Source: Macrostomum lignano (lineage: Eukaryota). Taken from it: a DNA stretch of 64,000 bases. A program made the position numbers and the translations under genes. This document shows positions 23,095 through 35,549 of the stretch, in pieces (position 1 is the first letter of the stretch; each line of letters opens with the position of its first letter). The stretch spans positions 124,001 to 188,000 of the forward strand of contig NIVC01001160.1 in assembly GCA_002269645.1 (NCBI GenBank). Reading direction: 5' to 3'. The notes beneath the pieces were generated by a model that was not told the DNA's origin, searched no databases, and worked only from the letters and a program-made list of their open reading frames with translations.

Positions 23095-25535
23095 ATGCTC
23101 CTCTGATCTATTATCTTTCCTGTCTCCCCCTCTCTGATCTATTCTCACTCCTGTCTCTCCCTCTCTGATCTATTCTCTCTTCTGTCTCCCCCTCTCTGAT
23201 CTATTCTCTCTCCGGTCTCTCCCTCTCTGATCTATTCTCTCTTCTGTCTCCCCCTCTCTGATCTATTCTCTCTCCGGTCTCTCCCTCTCTGAACTATTCT
23301 CTTTCCTGTCTCCCCCTCTCTGATCTATTCTCTCTTCTGCCTCTCCCTCTCTGATCTATTATCACTCCTGTCTCTCCCTCTCTGATCTATTCTCTCTTCT
23401 GTCTCCCCCTCTCTGATCTATTCTCTCTCCGGTCTCTCCCTCTCTGATCTATTCTCTCTTCTGTCTCCCCCTCTCTGATCTATTCTCTCTCCTGTCTCTC
23501 CCTCTCTGATCTATTCTCTCTTCTGTCTCCCACTCTCTGATCTATTCTCTCTGAGCTCTCTCCCTCACTCACTCTCTTTCTAATCTATTCTCTCTTCTGC
23601 CTCTCCCTCTCTGATCTATTCTCACTCCTGTCTCTCCCTCTCGGATCTATTCTCTCTCCTGTCTCTCCCTCTCTGATCTATTCTCTCTCCGGTCTCTCCC
23701 TCTCTGAACTATTCTCTTTCCTGTCTCCCCCTCTCTGAACTATTCTCTTTCCTGCCTCTCCCTCTCTGATCTATTCTCTCTCCTGTGTCTCCCTCTCTGA
23801 TCTATTCTCACTCCTGTCTCTCCCTCTCTGATCTATTCTCTCTTCTGTCTCTCCCTCTCTGATCTATTCTCTCTCCGGTCTCTCCCTCTCTGATCTATTC
23901 TCTCCTCTGTCTTCCCCTCTCTGATCTATTCTCTCTCCTGTCTCTCCCTCTCTGATCTATTCTCTTTCCTGTCTCCCCCTCTCTGATCTATTCTCTCTTC
24001 TGCCTCTCCCTCTCTGATCTATTCTCCCTCCTGTCTCTCCCTCTCTGATCTATTCTCTCTCCGGTCTCTCCCTCTCTGATCTATTCTCTCTTCTGTCTCC
24101 CCCTCTCTGATCTATTCTCTCTCCTGTCTCTCCCTCTCTGATCTATTCTCTCTTCTGTCTCCCACTCTCTGATCTATTCTCTCTGAGCTCTCTCCCTCAC
24201 TCACTCTCTTTCTAATCTATTCTCTCTTCTGCCTCTCCCTCTCTGATCTATTCTCTCTCCTGTCTCTCCCTCTCTGATCTATTCTCTCTCGGGTCTCTCC
24301 CTCTCTGAACTATTCTCTTTCCTGTCTCCCCCTCTCTGATCTATTCTCTCTTCTGCCTCTCCCTCTCTGATCTATTCTCACTCCTGTCTCTCCCTCTCTG
24401 ATCTATTCTCTCTTCTGTCTCCCCCTCTCTGATCTATTCTCTCTCCGGTCTCTCCCTCTCTGATCTATTCTCTCTTCTGTCTTCCCCTCTCTGATCTATT
24501 CTCTCTCCTGTGTCTCCCTCTCTGATCTATTCTTTCTCCTGTGTCTCCCTCTGATCTATTCTCTCTCCGGTCTCTCCCTCTCTGATCTATTCTCTCTTCT
24601 GTCTTCCCCTCTCTGATCTATTCTCCCTCCTGTGTCTCCCTCTCTGATCTATTCTCTCTTCTGTCTCCCACTCTCTGATCTATTCTCTCTGAGCTCTCTC
24701 CCTCACTCTCTTTCTAATCTATTCTCTCTTCTGCCTCTCCCTCTCTGATCTATTCTCACTCCTGTCTCTCCCTCTCGGATCTATTCTCTCTCCTGTCTCT
24801 CCCTCTCTGATCTATTCTTTCTCCGGTCTCTCCCTCTCTGAACTATTCTCTTTCCTGTCTCCCCCTCTCTGATCTATTCTCACTCCTGCCTCTCCCTCTC
24901 TGATCTATTCTCACTCCTGTTTCTCCCTCTCTGATCTATTCTCTCTTCTGTCTCCCCCTCTCTGATCTATTCTCTCTCCTGTCTCTCCCTCTCTGATCTA
25001 TTCTCTCTTCTGTCTTCCCCTCTCTGATCTATTCTCTCTCCTGTGTCTCCCTCTCTGATCTATTCTCTCTCCTGTGTCTCCCTCTGATCTATTCTCTCTC
25101 CTGTGTCTCCCTCTCTGATCTATTCTCTCTCCTGTGTCTCCCTCTCTGATCTATTCTCTCTCCTGTCTCTCCCTCTCTGATCTATTCTCTCTTCTGTCTT
25201 CCCCTCTCTGATCTATTCTCTCTTCTGTCTTCCCCTCTCTGATCTATTCTCTCTCCTGTGTCTCCCTCTCTGATCTATTCTCTCTTCTGTCTTCCCCTCT
25301 CTGATCTATTCTCTCTCCTGTGTCTCCCTCTCTGATCTATTCTCTCTCCTGTCTCTCCCTCTCTGATCTATTCTCTCTTCTGTCTTCCCCTCTCTGATCT
25401 ATTCTCTCTCCTGTGTCTCCCTCTCTGATCTATTCTCTCTCCTGTGTCTCCCTCTGATCTATTCTCTCTCCTGTGTCTCCCTCTCTGATCTATTCTCTCT
25501 CCTGTGTCTCCCTCTCTGATCTATTCTCTCTCCGG
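23095..25535. repeat. 2.4-kb pyrimidine-rich minisatellite (~31-32-bp unit)
   Basis: Core CTCTCTGATCTATTCTCTCTCCTGTCTCTCC; the plus strand is strongly C/T-biased. Confidence 0.95.
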
Positions 25536-26050
25536 TCTCCCATCTCTGTTTATTTATCCTAATGTTGAAACGTGAACATCAAAATTGTAGTGGGCAATAT
25601 GGGATGCTAAAACTTAATACGAAGCAGTTTTCCATCTTTCTAACCAGTTCGTACAGGATAGCTGTGTTTTTATCTGCTAGCATTACATAATCAAACGTAT
25701 TTTTATCTCGAATGGAATGCACACCGAGCGCTAGTATAATTTACCTTTTGCTTCCACTAATGCCATAAAGTCTCAGAATGCACCAACAACTGGGGGAACT
25801 GGGGGAACGCGTTCCAATGTCGATCTGCAGTCACGCAGTATCCAGGGCCCCGGCTGGGGACATTCCCACGGATATTTTTCCTTGCACTGCAGGAATGATT
25901 GAGGATCTGACCAATGCAACCAAACAAGCGCAAAAGAGGGGATATTTAAACAGGGAACTGTCTCCCCTCCTACTGGAGCCTTTGGTGCCAATTCATTCTG
26001 GTTCTGCGCAGTTGCAGTGCAGCTCGACCCCCCGCCAGAGAAAAACTGCA

Positions 26051-29005
26051 ATGGAAAACGCCGCCCTGTTTGGCAAATGGGAGAGCTACAAAAGCGATAA
26101 TTTGGACGTATTCTTTGAGAAGCTGGGTGAGTTGCATGCCTGTTCCTGCAAGCTGCATCCTGGATGCTATGTGATACATGTACATGAACGTATTGTGCAT
26201 GTATTGTACACAATACAAGAGCTCTGCATACTGAATGCTATAGGATACATGTGCGCGCAAATTGTACGTAATACGACGTACATTAATACAAGCTGCATAC
26301 TCGCAACACATTTTACATACTACACTCAGAGCAAGTGACAGCCAACTGCCCCTCACATTTTACATACTACACTCAGAGCAAGCAACAGCCAACTCCCCCG
26401 TCACATAGAAACTGCTCAGTAGTCCAGCGCGGCGTTTTACTTGGCAGCGACCCAGGCTTGATTCCAAGTGCAGTCACCTTAATTTGGGGCTAAATTGGAT
26501 ATCTCGGCTTGGCTCTGCTCGTATAATTAACCTTGTTAACCACATGGGCCAATTTCCCAAGGCACAGTGAAGTGTACATGGCCTAACGATAAATACAGTT
26601 AGGGCCGCTGTACACTCCTGTGTGAGTGTGTGCCTGTGCGTGTGACTGCGTACGTATCCGCGCGCTTGTGTGCCTGCTCAGGGGTAGTCGGGCAGCTTAT
26701 GCCTCTCGCCGATAGTGTGACAATGTTGCAAACATAATGCAAACTATGAATTATGAACTAAATTTAGAGTACTAATGTGTAAATGATTGAGGCCATATTT
26801 CTGTACATGCCTCATTTACCTGTAGAATTGCACACGGAATAGTTAAGTACAATTTCAGGACATTTTTTAGCAAAGCAACACTGAAAGGTCGCCCGCCCCA
26901 ATATTGCAGGCATGGGCTGGCTGCAGCAGAAAATAGGCCCAAAGCTGACTTCAACCCTGTTGCTTGAGAAGCTGAGCGACTCCGAGTTGAAGCTGTCAGT
27001 CAGCTCGTTGGGCTTTCACGATGAGACCATCTTTAAGGTGGACGGCATTGTGCAGTGGTCTGGCGGCGCCAAAGAGATGCACGATGTGAGTTGGATAAGA
27101 TTTATGATCAAGGCCGGGTCATGACCCGGATCGTGACCTCAACCTGCATGACATCCCAGCAGCATGACCTTCCAACCTAATGACACCCCAGCAGCATGAC
27201 CCTCCAGCCTATGCCACCCCAGCAGCATAACCCTCCACCTGCATGACACCCCAGCAGCATGACCCTCCACCTGCATGACACCCCAGCAGCATGACCCTCC
27301 ACCTGCATGACACCCCAGCAGCATGACCCTCCAGCCTAATGACACCCCAGCAGCATGACCCTCCAGCCTAATGACACCCCAGCAGCATGACCCTCCACCT
27401 GCATGACACCCCAGCAGCATGACCCTCCACCTGCATGACACCCCAGCAGCATGACCCTCCACCTGCATGACACCCCAGCAGCATGACCCTCCACCTGCAT
27501 GACACCCCAGCAGCATGACCCTCCACCTGCATGACACCCCAGCAGCATGATCCTCCACCTGCATGACACCCCAGCAGCATGACCCTCCACCTGCATGACA
27601 CCCCAGCAGCATGACCCTCCACCTGCATGACACCCCAGCATGATCAGATCCTCCCAAAATGAAGAATCTGCCACTCTGCGGCTTCAGGCGCTGACCAAAT
27701 GGGAGGACGGCAAGCTGGTGATTTACACGGGGCCGCTGAATTCGGCCAGCGCTGACGATGTCAAAGCCAATTCGAAGGTGAAAATTGTACGCGAAATCAC
27801 CGGCGACGGAGAACTGCTTATGGTGAGTGCAATGCACATGTACATGTATACAATTGTACATGCTGCGTTAACCATTTGGAAGCCAAAGGCCTGCACCGCA
27901 GGCCATACCGAAACGGCCCAAAAACCCTGAGATTGAAAAATGGCTATGGAATCAAAAACCATCTCCCAGTCACTAAAGCAAGTGCCCAGTATGGCCTGCT
28001 GTGCAGGTCATGACTGATTTAAAGAAGTCCATTATGCATTTCCATTATGTTTTCACTCAAATATTAAAGGTCTGATCGCACCTCACGAAGCCCTGACCCG
28101 GAGCAGCCACTAACTTTTCTTGCAATTCTTATGGGATTCCACGATTATTTCGAACAGTTCCGGTGAGCACGGTCTTTTTGTTAAACAAGTAGATGGCCAA
28201 TCTGTGTGACGTAAACCAACTGTCCGTGTATATGTGGTATCCTTCACTCAGTCACTTTTTCATCTCGGCAACACAGCATGGTTTAAGAGCAGACAGTCCA
28301 GCAGGAAACTCTTCCTTGCCAGTTTCTGCACTCTCCTGCTGGAACTCCTTGACTGCCAGCCACATTCGCTCATTGGTCCATGTGACAAGACTGGTGAGAA
28401 ACTCTTTAGTCAGGAAGATGGATAAAAATTCTTTCACACTTTCGTCTGGGTTTTCTGGTATAAAGATGCTTGGATTAATGGTCGAAAACCCTCGGAGTTC
28501 CGGCACCCGTCGTGGTCAAACGAGTTGTCATTTCCAGGGGCTACTTCAACACATTTCGCGGTCGCCTTATCTGATCAGTTTCTCTGATCAGTTTCTGGAT
28601 CCATGCTTTCCGACTCCGTTTCTGACTCAAAAACCGTCGAGTCATGGCTTGATAAAGCGTCTTCCGAATCGGAATCGAGTCCCAGTCTGCGCAAGGCGTC
28701 ACTTTTAGCTGTCCTTTTCGGCCGCGTAGAAGCCATTTGTGGGTAGGAAGGTTTGAACAGGAGCTATCAGAAAAACTCTGTGGTATATTTTACTTTACTT
28801 CTGGGCTTCTAGAGTGTGCACTCGACTCAGCAAAAAAGACAAATTTGTCTATGGACTGCTCTGCAGGCCTTTGGGCTTTTAAGCCATCTTACAGAACCAA
28901 GCTTGGGCGCGAAGTGGTTAAGGTAAATTTAACCTATTTTTCTCTTTGCAGACGATAATCCACCCGGAAGTGACGGCAACTCGTCACTACAAAAAGAAGA
29001 ATTAA
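26051..29005 (+). CDS. FABP: Fatty-acid-binding protein (iLBP/FABP family), ~146 aa, 4 exons
   Basis: Exons 26051-26126 (MENAALFGKWESYKSDNLDVFFEKLG, phase 1), 26910-27085, 27688-27822 (ALTKWEDGKLVI..VREITGDGELLM) and 28952-29005 (TIIHPEVTATRHYKKKN*). Has the FGKW signature and the conserved 4-exon, phase 1/0/0 layout. Confidence 0.92.
26412..26655 (+). mobile_element. tRNA-derived SINE-like element, copy 2 (FABP intron 1)
   Basis: GCTCAGTAGTCCAGCGC...GGCTTGATTCC head; body similar to 8803-9047. Confidence 0.55.
27140..27642. repeat. 32-bp minisatellite filling FABP intron 2
   Basis: Unit GCATGACACCCCAGCAGCATGACCCTCCACCT. Confidence 0.97.
27872..28917 (-). mobile_element. Internally deleted piggyBac element in FABP intron 3
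   Basis: TTAA at 27868-71 and 28918-21; termini CCATTT/CCACTT with a subterminal CCAAAGGCCTGCA repeat. Minus strand encodes FLSIFLTKEFLTSLVTWTNE..EMKK, joined directly to GYHIYTDSWFTSHRLA..LTGTVRNNRG (piggyBac catalytic region). Confidence 0.8.
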
Positions 29006-29624
29006 TGAAAATAATTGAGCATTAGCGGATCGCGGATTATGGATTATATTGGACTCGATGTTTAGCTTTATAATAGCTATATTTATATTCACAGAATCTG
29101 CTTGCTTCGCTAATGATATATAGAAAATAGAAGACACCATGATTGTCACGAACTATATTGGATTTGGTACATGTATATGATGAATATAGAGTGACTTTGT
29201 GAGCCAGCTTTCTGTTTCAGTACATGCAGTACGTAACACGTACTGCACATCTTATGTACATTTGACGCAGTACAACTTGTACATATACATATAATGCTTA
29301 TAATAATTACGACGTAACAGCTCGTATTCAAAAATTTTATTAGCTCTGAGAGAGACAGAAATTAAAGGTAATACTGTGGCGGTCACGCCACACGCGCGTA
29401 CGCGCTCCAGCAGCCACCCCAACCCCGGCCGGGGTCAGGCCGGCGCTATGTGCACGGTCGCTGTGCGTTGATTGGCTGCCCAGTGTACACCGCTGGCCTA
29501 TATAACTTTAGACTTTTGTCTCGCGCGCCTCCACCCTGCTACTTCCAAATAAACTTTACGTGGCTCAACTCGCCACATTGGTGAGCCCGACTCTCAACCG
29601 CCTGTTTGAGAATAACTCCTCAGT

Positions 29625-30317
29625 ATGTCAACTGAGTCTGCGGTGGCCCTCAAGCTGCCCACGTTCTGGGCCAGCCAGCCTCGCGCCTGGTTCATCCAGG
29701 CAGAGGCGCAATTCGTCTTCCGCAACATCACGCAAGACGCTACCAAGTACTTTCACCTCGTAGCCGCGCTGGACCAGCAGTCAGCCGATCGCCTGCTGGA
29801 CGTGCTTGAGACACCGCCGGCTGAGAACAAGTACGATTCTCTCAAGGCCCGCCTCCTCGGCACATTCGGCCTGACGCAGCAACAGCGTGCCAGCCGGCTG
29901 CTCAACCTGGCCGGCCTCGGTGACCGCCGCCCGTCCAAGCTCATGGACGAGATGCTGGCCCTGCTCGGCAACCACCGGCCCTGCATGCTCTTCGAGGAGC
30001 TTTTTCGCCAGCAGATGCCGGCAGACATTCGCATGGCACTCGTCTCCGCGGATTTCGCTGACCCGCGCGCAGTTGCGCGACTCGCGGATGAACTCTGGGC
30101 GAGCCCGGCACAGCCCGTGGCCACCGCCACCCTGCCGCCAGAGCACCCGCCGGTAGTTGCTGCCACCGCCCGCCCAGCTCGCGCCAAGCCGCAGCAGCAC
30201 CAGCCGAGGGAGGCCGACGGCCCCATCTGTTTCTTCCACCGGAAGTTCGGCGCCAAGGCCCGGCGTTGCGAGCCGCCCTGCCAGTTCTCGGGAAACGGAC
30301 CGGCCGGCCGTCAGTGA
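29625..30317 (+). CDS. gag: Gag of the CsRn1-like element
   Basis: [21 protein letters not shown]; CHCC motif [18 protein letters not shown]. Confidence 0.92.
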   Translation: MSTESAVALKLPTFWASQPRAWFIQAEAQFVFRNITQDATKYFHLVAALDQQSADRLLDVLETPPAENKYDSLKARLLGTFGLTQQQRASRLLNLAGLGDRRPSKLMDEMLALLGNHRPCMLFEELFRQQMPADIRMALVSADFADPRAVARLADELWASPAQPVATATLPPEHPPVVAATARPARAKPQQHQPREADGPICFFHRKFGAKARRCEPPCQFSGNGPAGRQ

Positions 30318-33300
30318 ACGTTTCGACGGCCGGCAGCAACAACCTCCTGCTCATCCCCGACGTAGCCACGGGCCGGCGCTTCTTGGTCGACACCGGCGCT
30401 GAGGTGAGCATTTTTCCTGTCTCGGGGGCAGACGCCCGCTCGCATACACCCGGCCCGCCGCTTTTCGCGGCCAACGGCAGCCCGATCCGCACGTTCGGCA
30501 GCCGGACACTGACGCTCGACCTCGGCGTCAAGGCCTGCACCTGGCCGTTCATCCTGGCCGAGGTGTCACGGCCGTTGATCGGCGCGGACTTCCTGCGGCA
30601 CCACGGCCTACTGGTGGACATGCCGAACCGCCGTCTGCTCGACACTAGCTCGCTGTCCAGCGCCCACCTGCTGCTCGGGTCCGGCCCGGCACCTCAGCTC
30701 GCCGCCGCCGTCGCTGGGGACCCGTACAGCCAGCTGCTCGCGGAGTTCCCGTCGCTGACGGAGCCGAGTTTCCAGAAAGCCCGGCCGCTCCACGGGGTCC
30801 AACATCATATTCCTACGACGGGCCCCCCTGTCCACGCCCGGGCGCGCCGCCTGCCGCCTGACAAGCTGGCGGTGGCCAAGGAGGAATTCCGCAACCTGGA
30901 GCAGCTGGGCATCGTGCGGCGGTCCTGCAGCCCCTGGTCGTCGCCGCTGCACATGGTGCCAAAGGCCTCCGGGGGTTGGCGGCCCTGCGGCGATTTCCGG
31001 CGGCTCAACGACGCCACGGTGCCCGACCGCTACCCGGTGCCGCACATTCAGGACTTTTCTGCGCGGCGGTCCGGGTGCAACATTTTCTCCAAGATCGACC
31101 TGGTGCGGGGCTACCACCAGATCCCGGTTGCCGAGGCCGACATCGCCAAGACGGCCGTCATCACGCCATTCGGCCTGTTCGAGTTTCTCCGGATGCCATT
31201 CGGACTCAAAAACGCCGCCCAGGCCTTCCAACGGCTGATTGACACGGTCTGTCAGGGCTTGGACTTCGTGTTCGCCTATATCGACGACTTCCTAGTGGCG
31301 AGCAGCGGCCCTCAGCAGCATCTGGAGCACCTGCGCACGCTGTTCCAGCGCCTGGCAGACAACGGCCTCCTCATCAATCCAGCCAAGTGCCAGTTTGGCC
31401 GCAGCGAAATCGACTTTCTAGGCCACCTCATCAACAGCCGGGGCGCCATGCCGCTGCCAGACAAAGTCGAAGCCATCGCCCGATTCGCTCCGCCCGCGAC
31501 CTTCAAGGGCCTGCAAGAGTTCGCCGGCATGGTGAACTTCTATCACCGGTTCGTGCCGCGGGCCGCCCAGTTGCTGCGCCCCATCTACGGCGCCCTGGCC
31601 AGCAAGGACAAGATCGTTCAGTGGACACCGGAGCTGACGGACGCCTTCAACAGCACGAAGCAGGCCCTGGTTGACGCGACCATGCTTGCGCACCCGGAGC
31701 CCGACGCCCCAACGGCGCTGACGGTCGACGCCTCGGACACCGCCATCGGGGCGGTTCTGGAGCAGCGTGTCGGCGAGACCTGGCGGCCACTCGCTTTCTT
31801 CAGCCGCCAACTGCGGCCGGCTGAACAAAAGTACAGCGCTTTCGACCGGGAGTTACTCGCTCTCTATCTGGCCACGCGGCATTTCCGCTACTTTTTGGAA
31901 GGCCGCATCTTCACCGCCTACACCGACCACAAACCCCTGGTCGCGGCCATGGCCAAGTTGTCGGATCCCTGGTCAGCGCGCCAGCAGCGGCACCTCGCAT
32001 ACGTGTCGGAGTTCACCACCGACATCCGGCACGTGGCAGGCAAGGACAATCCGGTGGCCGACGCCCTGTCCCGCTGCACCGTCACCTCTGTGCAGCCGCT
32101 GCTCCCCGGCATCGACTACGCGGCCCTGGCACGCGCGCAGCTAGTGGACGATCCCGCGCTCGCCGGCACCGGCCTGCGGCTCGAGCGCGTGATGTTGCGT
32201 CCCGGCCTGGAGGTCATCTGCGACACCGTGACCGGCCGCCCGCGCCCGCTGGTGCCCACCGACTTCCGCCGCGCCGTTTTCGACGCAGTCCACGGCCTGG
32301 CGCACCCGTCCGTACGCAGTACGCGGCGCCTGGTGTCCGAGAAGTTCGTGTGGCCGGGAATCAACAGGGACGTCGGCCAATGGGCTCGCAGCTGCATCGC
32401 CTGCCAGACGGCCAAGGTGCAGCGCCACGTGACCGCCCCGCCCGCCAGCATCCCGGTGCCCAGCAGCCGTTTCGCGCACGTCCACATCGACCTTGTCGGA
32501 CCGCTGCCGCAGTCCCGCGGCTTCACGCACCTGCTGACCGTAGTCGACAGGTTCTCCCGCTGGCCGGAAGCTTTCCCCTTGGCCGACACTTCCGCTGCCT
32601 CCTGCGCGTCCGCTTTCATCGCCGGTTGGATCGCCCGCTTCGGCGTGCCCAGTGACGTCACGTCCGACCGCGGCTCCCAGTTCACCTCCGGGCTATGGGC
32701 CAACGTGTCGCGGCTGCTGGGCGTGCAGCTGCACCACACCACCGCTTTTCACCCACAGGCTAACGGCCTGGTGGAACGCTTCCACCGCCAGCTCAAGGCA
32801 TCCCTGATGGCGCGCCTGACCGGACCGACTTGGACCGACGAGCTGCCCTGGGCGTTGCTCGGCATCCGCACGGCTCCCAAGGAGGACATCGGCGCCTCCT
32901 CGGCCGAGCTGGTCTACGGCGCCCCGCTGACGGTACCGGGAGAATGCCTGCAGGCCGCGCCACCCGAGGGCTCTTACGACCAGTTCCTGGCCCGGTTACG
33001 CAGCGCGGTGCAGTCGTTCCGGCCGCCTCCAACCTCGCGACATGGCCGCGTCGCTGCCTACGTGCCTGCTGCCCTGGAGTCCTGCACGCACGTCTTCATC
33101 CGCCGCGACGGCCACCGGCCATCTCTGCAGCGGCCGTACTTCGGGCCCTTCCAGGTCCTTGAGCGCGGCGACAAGACCTTCCGCCTCGACCTGGGCACGC
33201 GGCAGGATCACGTGGCAGTGGACAGACTCAAGCCTGCGGCGCTCGATCCCGGCGAGGCGATTCCGGCTCCGGCTCTGCGGCCACGAGGCCGCCCCCGCCT

Positions 33301-33478
33301 GGACGGCCGGCCACAACTGCCACGTGGTGGAGACCCTCCGGTCGCAGCTGCGCACCCGCAAGCGCCACCGGGGCTCCCACCAACGCGCCTCCCACCGGTG
33401 CAAGCGACCCGGCCTCCAGCGTCTGGTCGCCGCCAGCTTCCGCCTCGCCGGTGCCGCCCGACGCGGTTTCGGTCCTAG
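30290..33478 (+). CDS. pol: Pol (PR-RT-RH-IN), probably expressed by -1 frameshift
   Basis: LVDTGAEVS; [15 protein letters not shown]; TVDASD..YTDHKPL..ADALSR; [29 protein letters not shown]; uninterrupted frame. Confidence 0.95.
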   Translation, partial: GKRTGRPSVNVSTAGSNNLLLIPDVATGRRFLVDTGAEVSIFPVSGADARSHTPGPPLFAANGSPIRTFGSRTLTLDLGVKACTWPFILAEVSRPLIGADFLRHHGLLVDMPNRRLLDTSSLSSAHLLLGSGPAPQLAAAVAGDPYSQLLAEFPSLTEPSFQKARPLHGVQHHIPTTGPPVHARARRLPPDKLAVAKEEFRNLEQLGIVRRSCSPWSSPLHMVPKASGGWRPCGDFRRLNDATVPDRYPVPHIQDFSARRSGCNIFSKIDLVRGYHQIPVAEADIAKTAVITPFGLFEFLRMPFGLKNAAQAFQRLIDTVCQGLDFVFAYIDDFLVASSGPQQHLEHLRTLFQRLADNGLLINPAKCQFGRSEIDFLGHLINSRGAMPLPDKVEAIARFAPPATFKGLQEFAGMVNFYHRFVPRAAQLLRPIYGALASKDKIVQWTPELTDAFNSTKQALVDATMLAHPEPDAPTALTVDASDTAIGAVLEQRVGETWRPLAFFSRQLRPAEQKYSAFDRELLALYLATRHFRYFLEGRIFTAYTDHKPLVAAMAKLSDPWSARQQRHLAYVSEFTTDIRHVAGKDNPVADALSRCTVTSVQPLLPGIDYAALARAQLVDDPALAGTGLRLERVMLRPGLEVICDTVTGRPRPLVPTDFRRAVFDAVHGLAHPSVRSTRRLVSEKFVWPGINRDVGQWARSCIACQTAKVQRHVTAPPASIPVPSSRFAHVHIDLVGPLPQSRGFTHLLTVVDRFSRWPEAFPLADTSAASCASAFIAGWIARFGVPSDVTSDRGSQFTSGLWANVSRLLGVQLHHTTAFHPQANGLVERFHRQLKASLMARLTGPTWTDELPWALLGIRTAPKEDIGASSAELVYGAPLTVPGECLQAAPPEGSYDQFLARLRSAVQSFRPPPTSRHGRVAAYVPAALESCTHVFIRRDGHRPSLQRPYFGPFQVLERGDKTFRLDLGTRQDHVAVDRLKPAALDPGEAIPAPALRPRGRPRLDGRPQLPRGGDPPVAAAHPQAPPGLPPTRLPPVQATRPPASGRRQLPPRRCRPTRFRS

Positions 33479-33862
33479 GCCAGCGCTGGGGGGAGCCATG
33501 TGGCGGTCACGCCACACGCGCGTACGCGCTCCAGCAGCCACCCCAACCCCGGCCGGGGTCAGGCCGGCGCTATGTGCACGGTCGCTGTGCGTTGATTGGC
33601 TGCCCAGTGTACACCGCTGGCCTATATAACTTTAGACTTTTGTCTCGCGCGCCTTCACCCTGCTACTTCCAAATAAACTTTACGTGGCTCAACTCGCCAC
33701 AATACCATAGATATATCTTCAAGTTGGTGATGCATACTTAGTTCCATCGTAGACTGCGCACACCCGAGAAAAATTCTGAATACTTACATCTAAATGATAC
33801 TTACTACATCCAGTTGTCCCTGGAAAAAATTCTCAGAATAGGCCGAAGCATAAAATTCTTAC

Positions 33863-35549
33863 GGGTGCACGACAATTTGACTGCCACAATTTGACTGCCG
33901 ACAAAATGACTGCGAACAAAATGACTGCGGTCAAAATGACTGCCGACAATTTGACTGCGGACAAAATGACTGCCGACAAAATGACTGCCGACAATTTGAC
34001 TGCCAACAAAATGACTGCCGACAAAATGACTGCCAACAAAATGACTGCCGACAATATGACTGCGGCAATTTGACTGCCAGCAAAATGACTGCGGCAATTT
34101 AACTGCCGAGCAATATGACTGCGGCAATTTGACTGCCAGCAATATGACTGCGGACAATTTGACTGCCGAGCAATATGACTGCGGCAATTTGACTGCGGTC
34201 AATTTGACTGCGGACAATTTGACTGCCGAGCAATTTGACTGCCAGCGAAATGACTGCCGAGCAATTTGACTGCCTCAAATACTACACGTACACCCTCTTT
34301 ATATATGTATTGATCGTATTTATGCAGGACTAAAAATTCGTTCTTTACGAGTAACGATAGCTCGTACAAGCTACATTTGCCTTTCAGCAATACATGCATG
34401 TGTTATGACGAATGTTCAAACGGATCAAAAGTAAAAGTAAAGTTCAAAAGTAAAGATGAGAGGGGGATGAGAGAGCAAAGATGAGTCAGAGAGTGAACAC
34501 GATGTATGAGAGGAGAGAGGAGAGCGCAGAGAGAGAAGAGAAAAGACAAGAGAAGGAGAGAGTATAGAAGAAAGAAGAGAAGAAAAGAAAAGGGAAGAAA
34601 GGAGAAAGGAAAGAGAGGAGTCAAAAGAGGGGAAAGAGAAGAGTACAGAGGAGAGAGGTGAGAGAACATACCAGTATAAGAGAGTAAATATGACAGATGA
34701 GAGAGGGGAGATGAGAGAGCAGAGACGAGAGAGAAGTGAGAAAACAGAAGAGAAGATAGAAGGTTCAAAGGATGCAAGGAACATTGGGATCGAGAGGCAG
34801 AAGTAGAGGCCAGAGTTTTTCTGACATTCTGCGCCGCACCCCAGCCAACAATATCAATAGTTTGCCTCCAATCCTAATTTTACACGAATGTAATCTATGT
34901 TACAGTATGTTTAACTCTAATAATAAAAGTTTTTGCTTGAGTTTAACTTCAGATTTTAGAATATATGCAAAATACGAGAGTAGTTCCTAAGATTGGAATT
35001 CCCATTTCCCACTGTTCAAAATCCGCGGGTTTCAACAGCTGTTACAGCTTGTTGTATAAAGGTTATGTGTTCTGTTCTGCATCATTCTAGCTCGTAAATA
35101 CAATATTTCACTACATGCATAGACTTAAAAGGGTTGACAGAGTGCTAAACTTTAGGAGCATCATTTTTCCGGCAGTCATTTCGCTGGCAGTCAAATTGCT
35201 CGGCAGTCAAATTGTCCGCAGTCAAATTGACCGCAGTCAAATTTCCGCAGTCATTTTGTCGGCAGTCAAATTGCCGCAGTCATATTGTCGGCAGTCAAAT
35301 TTCCGCAGTCATTTTGTCGGCAGTCATTTTGTTGGCAGTCATTTTGTCGGCAGTCATTTTGTCCGCAGTCAAATTGTCGGCAGTCATTTTGTCCGCAGTC
35401 ATTTTGTTCGCAGTCATTTTGTCCGCAGTCATTTTGTTCGCAGTCATTTTGTCGGCAGTCAAATTGCTCGGCAGTCAAATTGTCGGCAGTCAAATTGACC
35501 GCAGTCAAATTGTGGCAGTCAAATTGTGGCAGTCAATTGTCGTAGACCC
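33863..35549. mobile_element. Foldback/MULE-like non-autonomous element with long modular TIRs made of 15-bp tandem repeats
   Basis: Left array (AAAATGACTGCCGAC)n ~33870-34275; right array is its reverse complement, ~35165-35540. Termini GGGTGCACGACAATT/AATTGTCGTAGACCC. Flanks AATTCTTAC/CATTCTTAC form a 9-bp TSD with one mismatch. Confidence 0.85.

Larger units (their letters stand above)
29375..33701 (+). mobile_element. Full-length Ty3/Gypsy LTR retrotransposon, CsRn1-like clade
   Basis: 203-bp TG..CA LTRs at 29375-29577 and 33499-33701 (one difference seen); 4-bp TSD ATAC; PBS TGGTGAGCCCGAC (tRNA-Trp-like); PPT GGGGGGAGCC before the 3' LTR; CHCC-type Gag. Confidence 0.97.

Noticed and set aside
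27139-27861. 240-aa Cys/Gly-rich minus-strand ORF
   Set aside because: A 32-bp repeat inside FABP intron 2
29753-33629. Many overlapping and antisense ORFs in the Gypsy element
   Set aside because: Shadow frames of GC-rich gag-pol coding sequence
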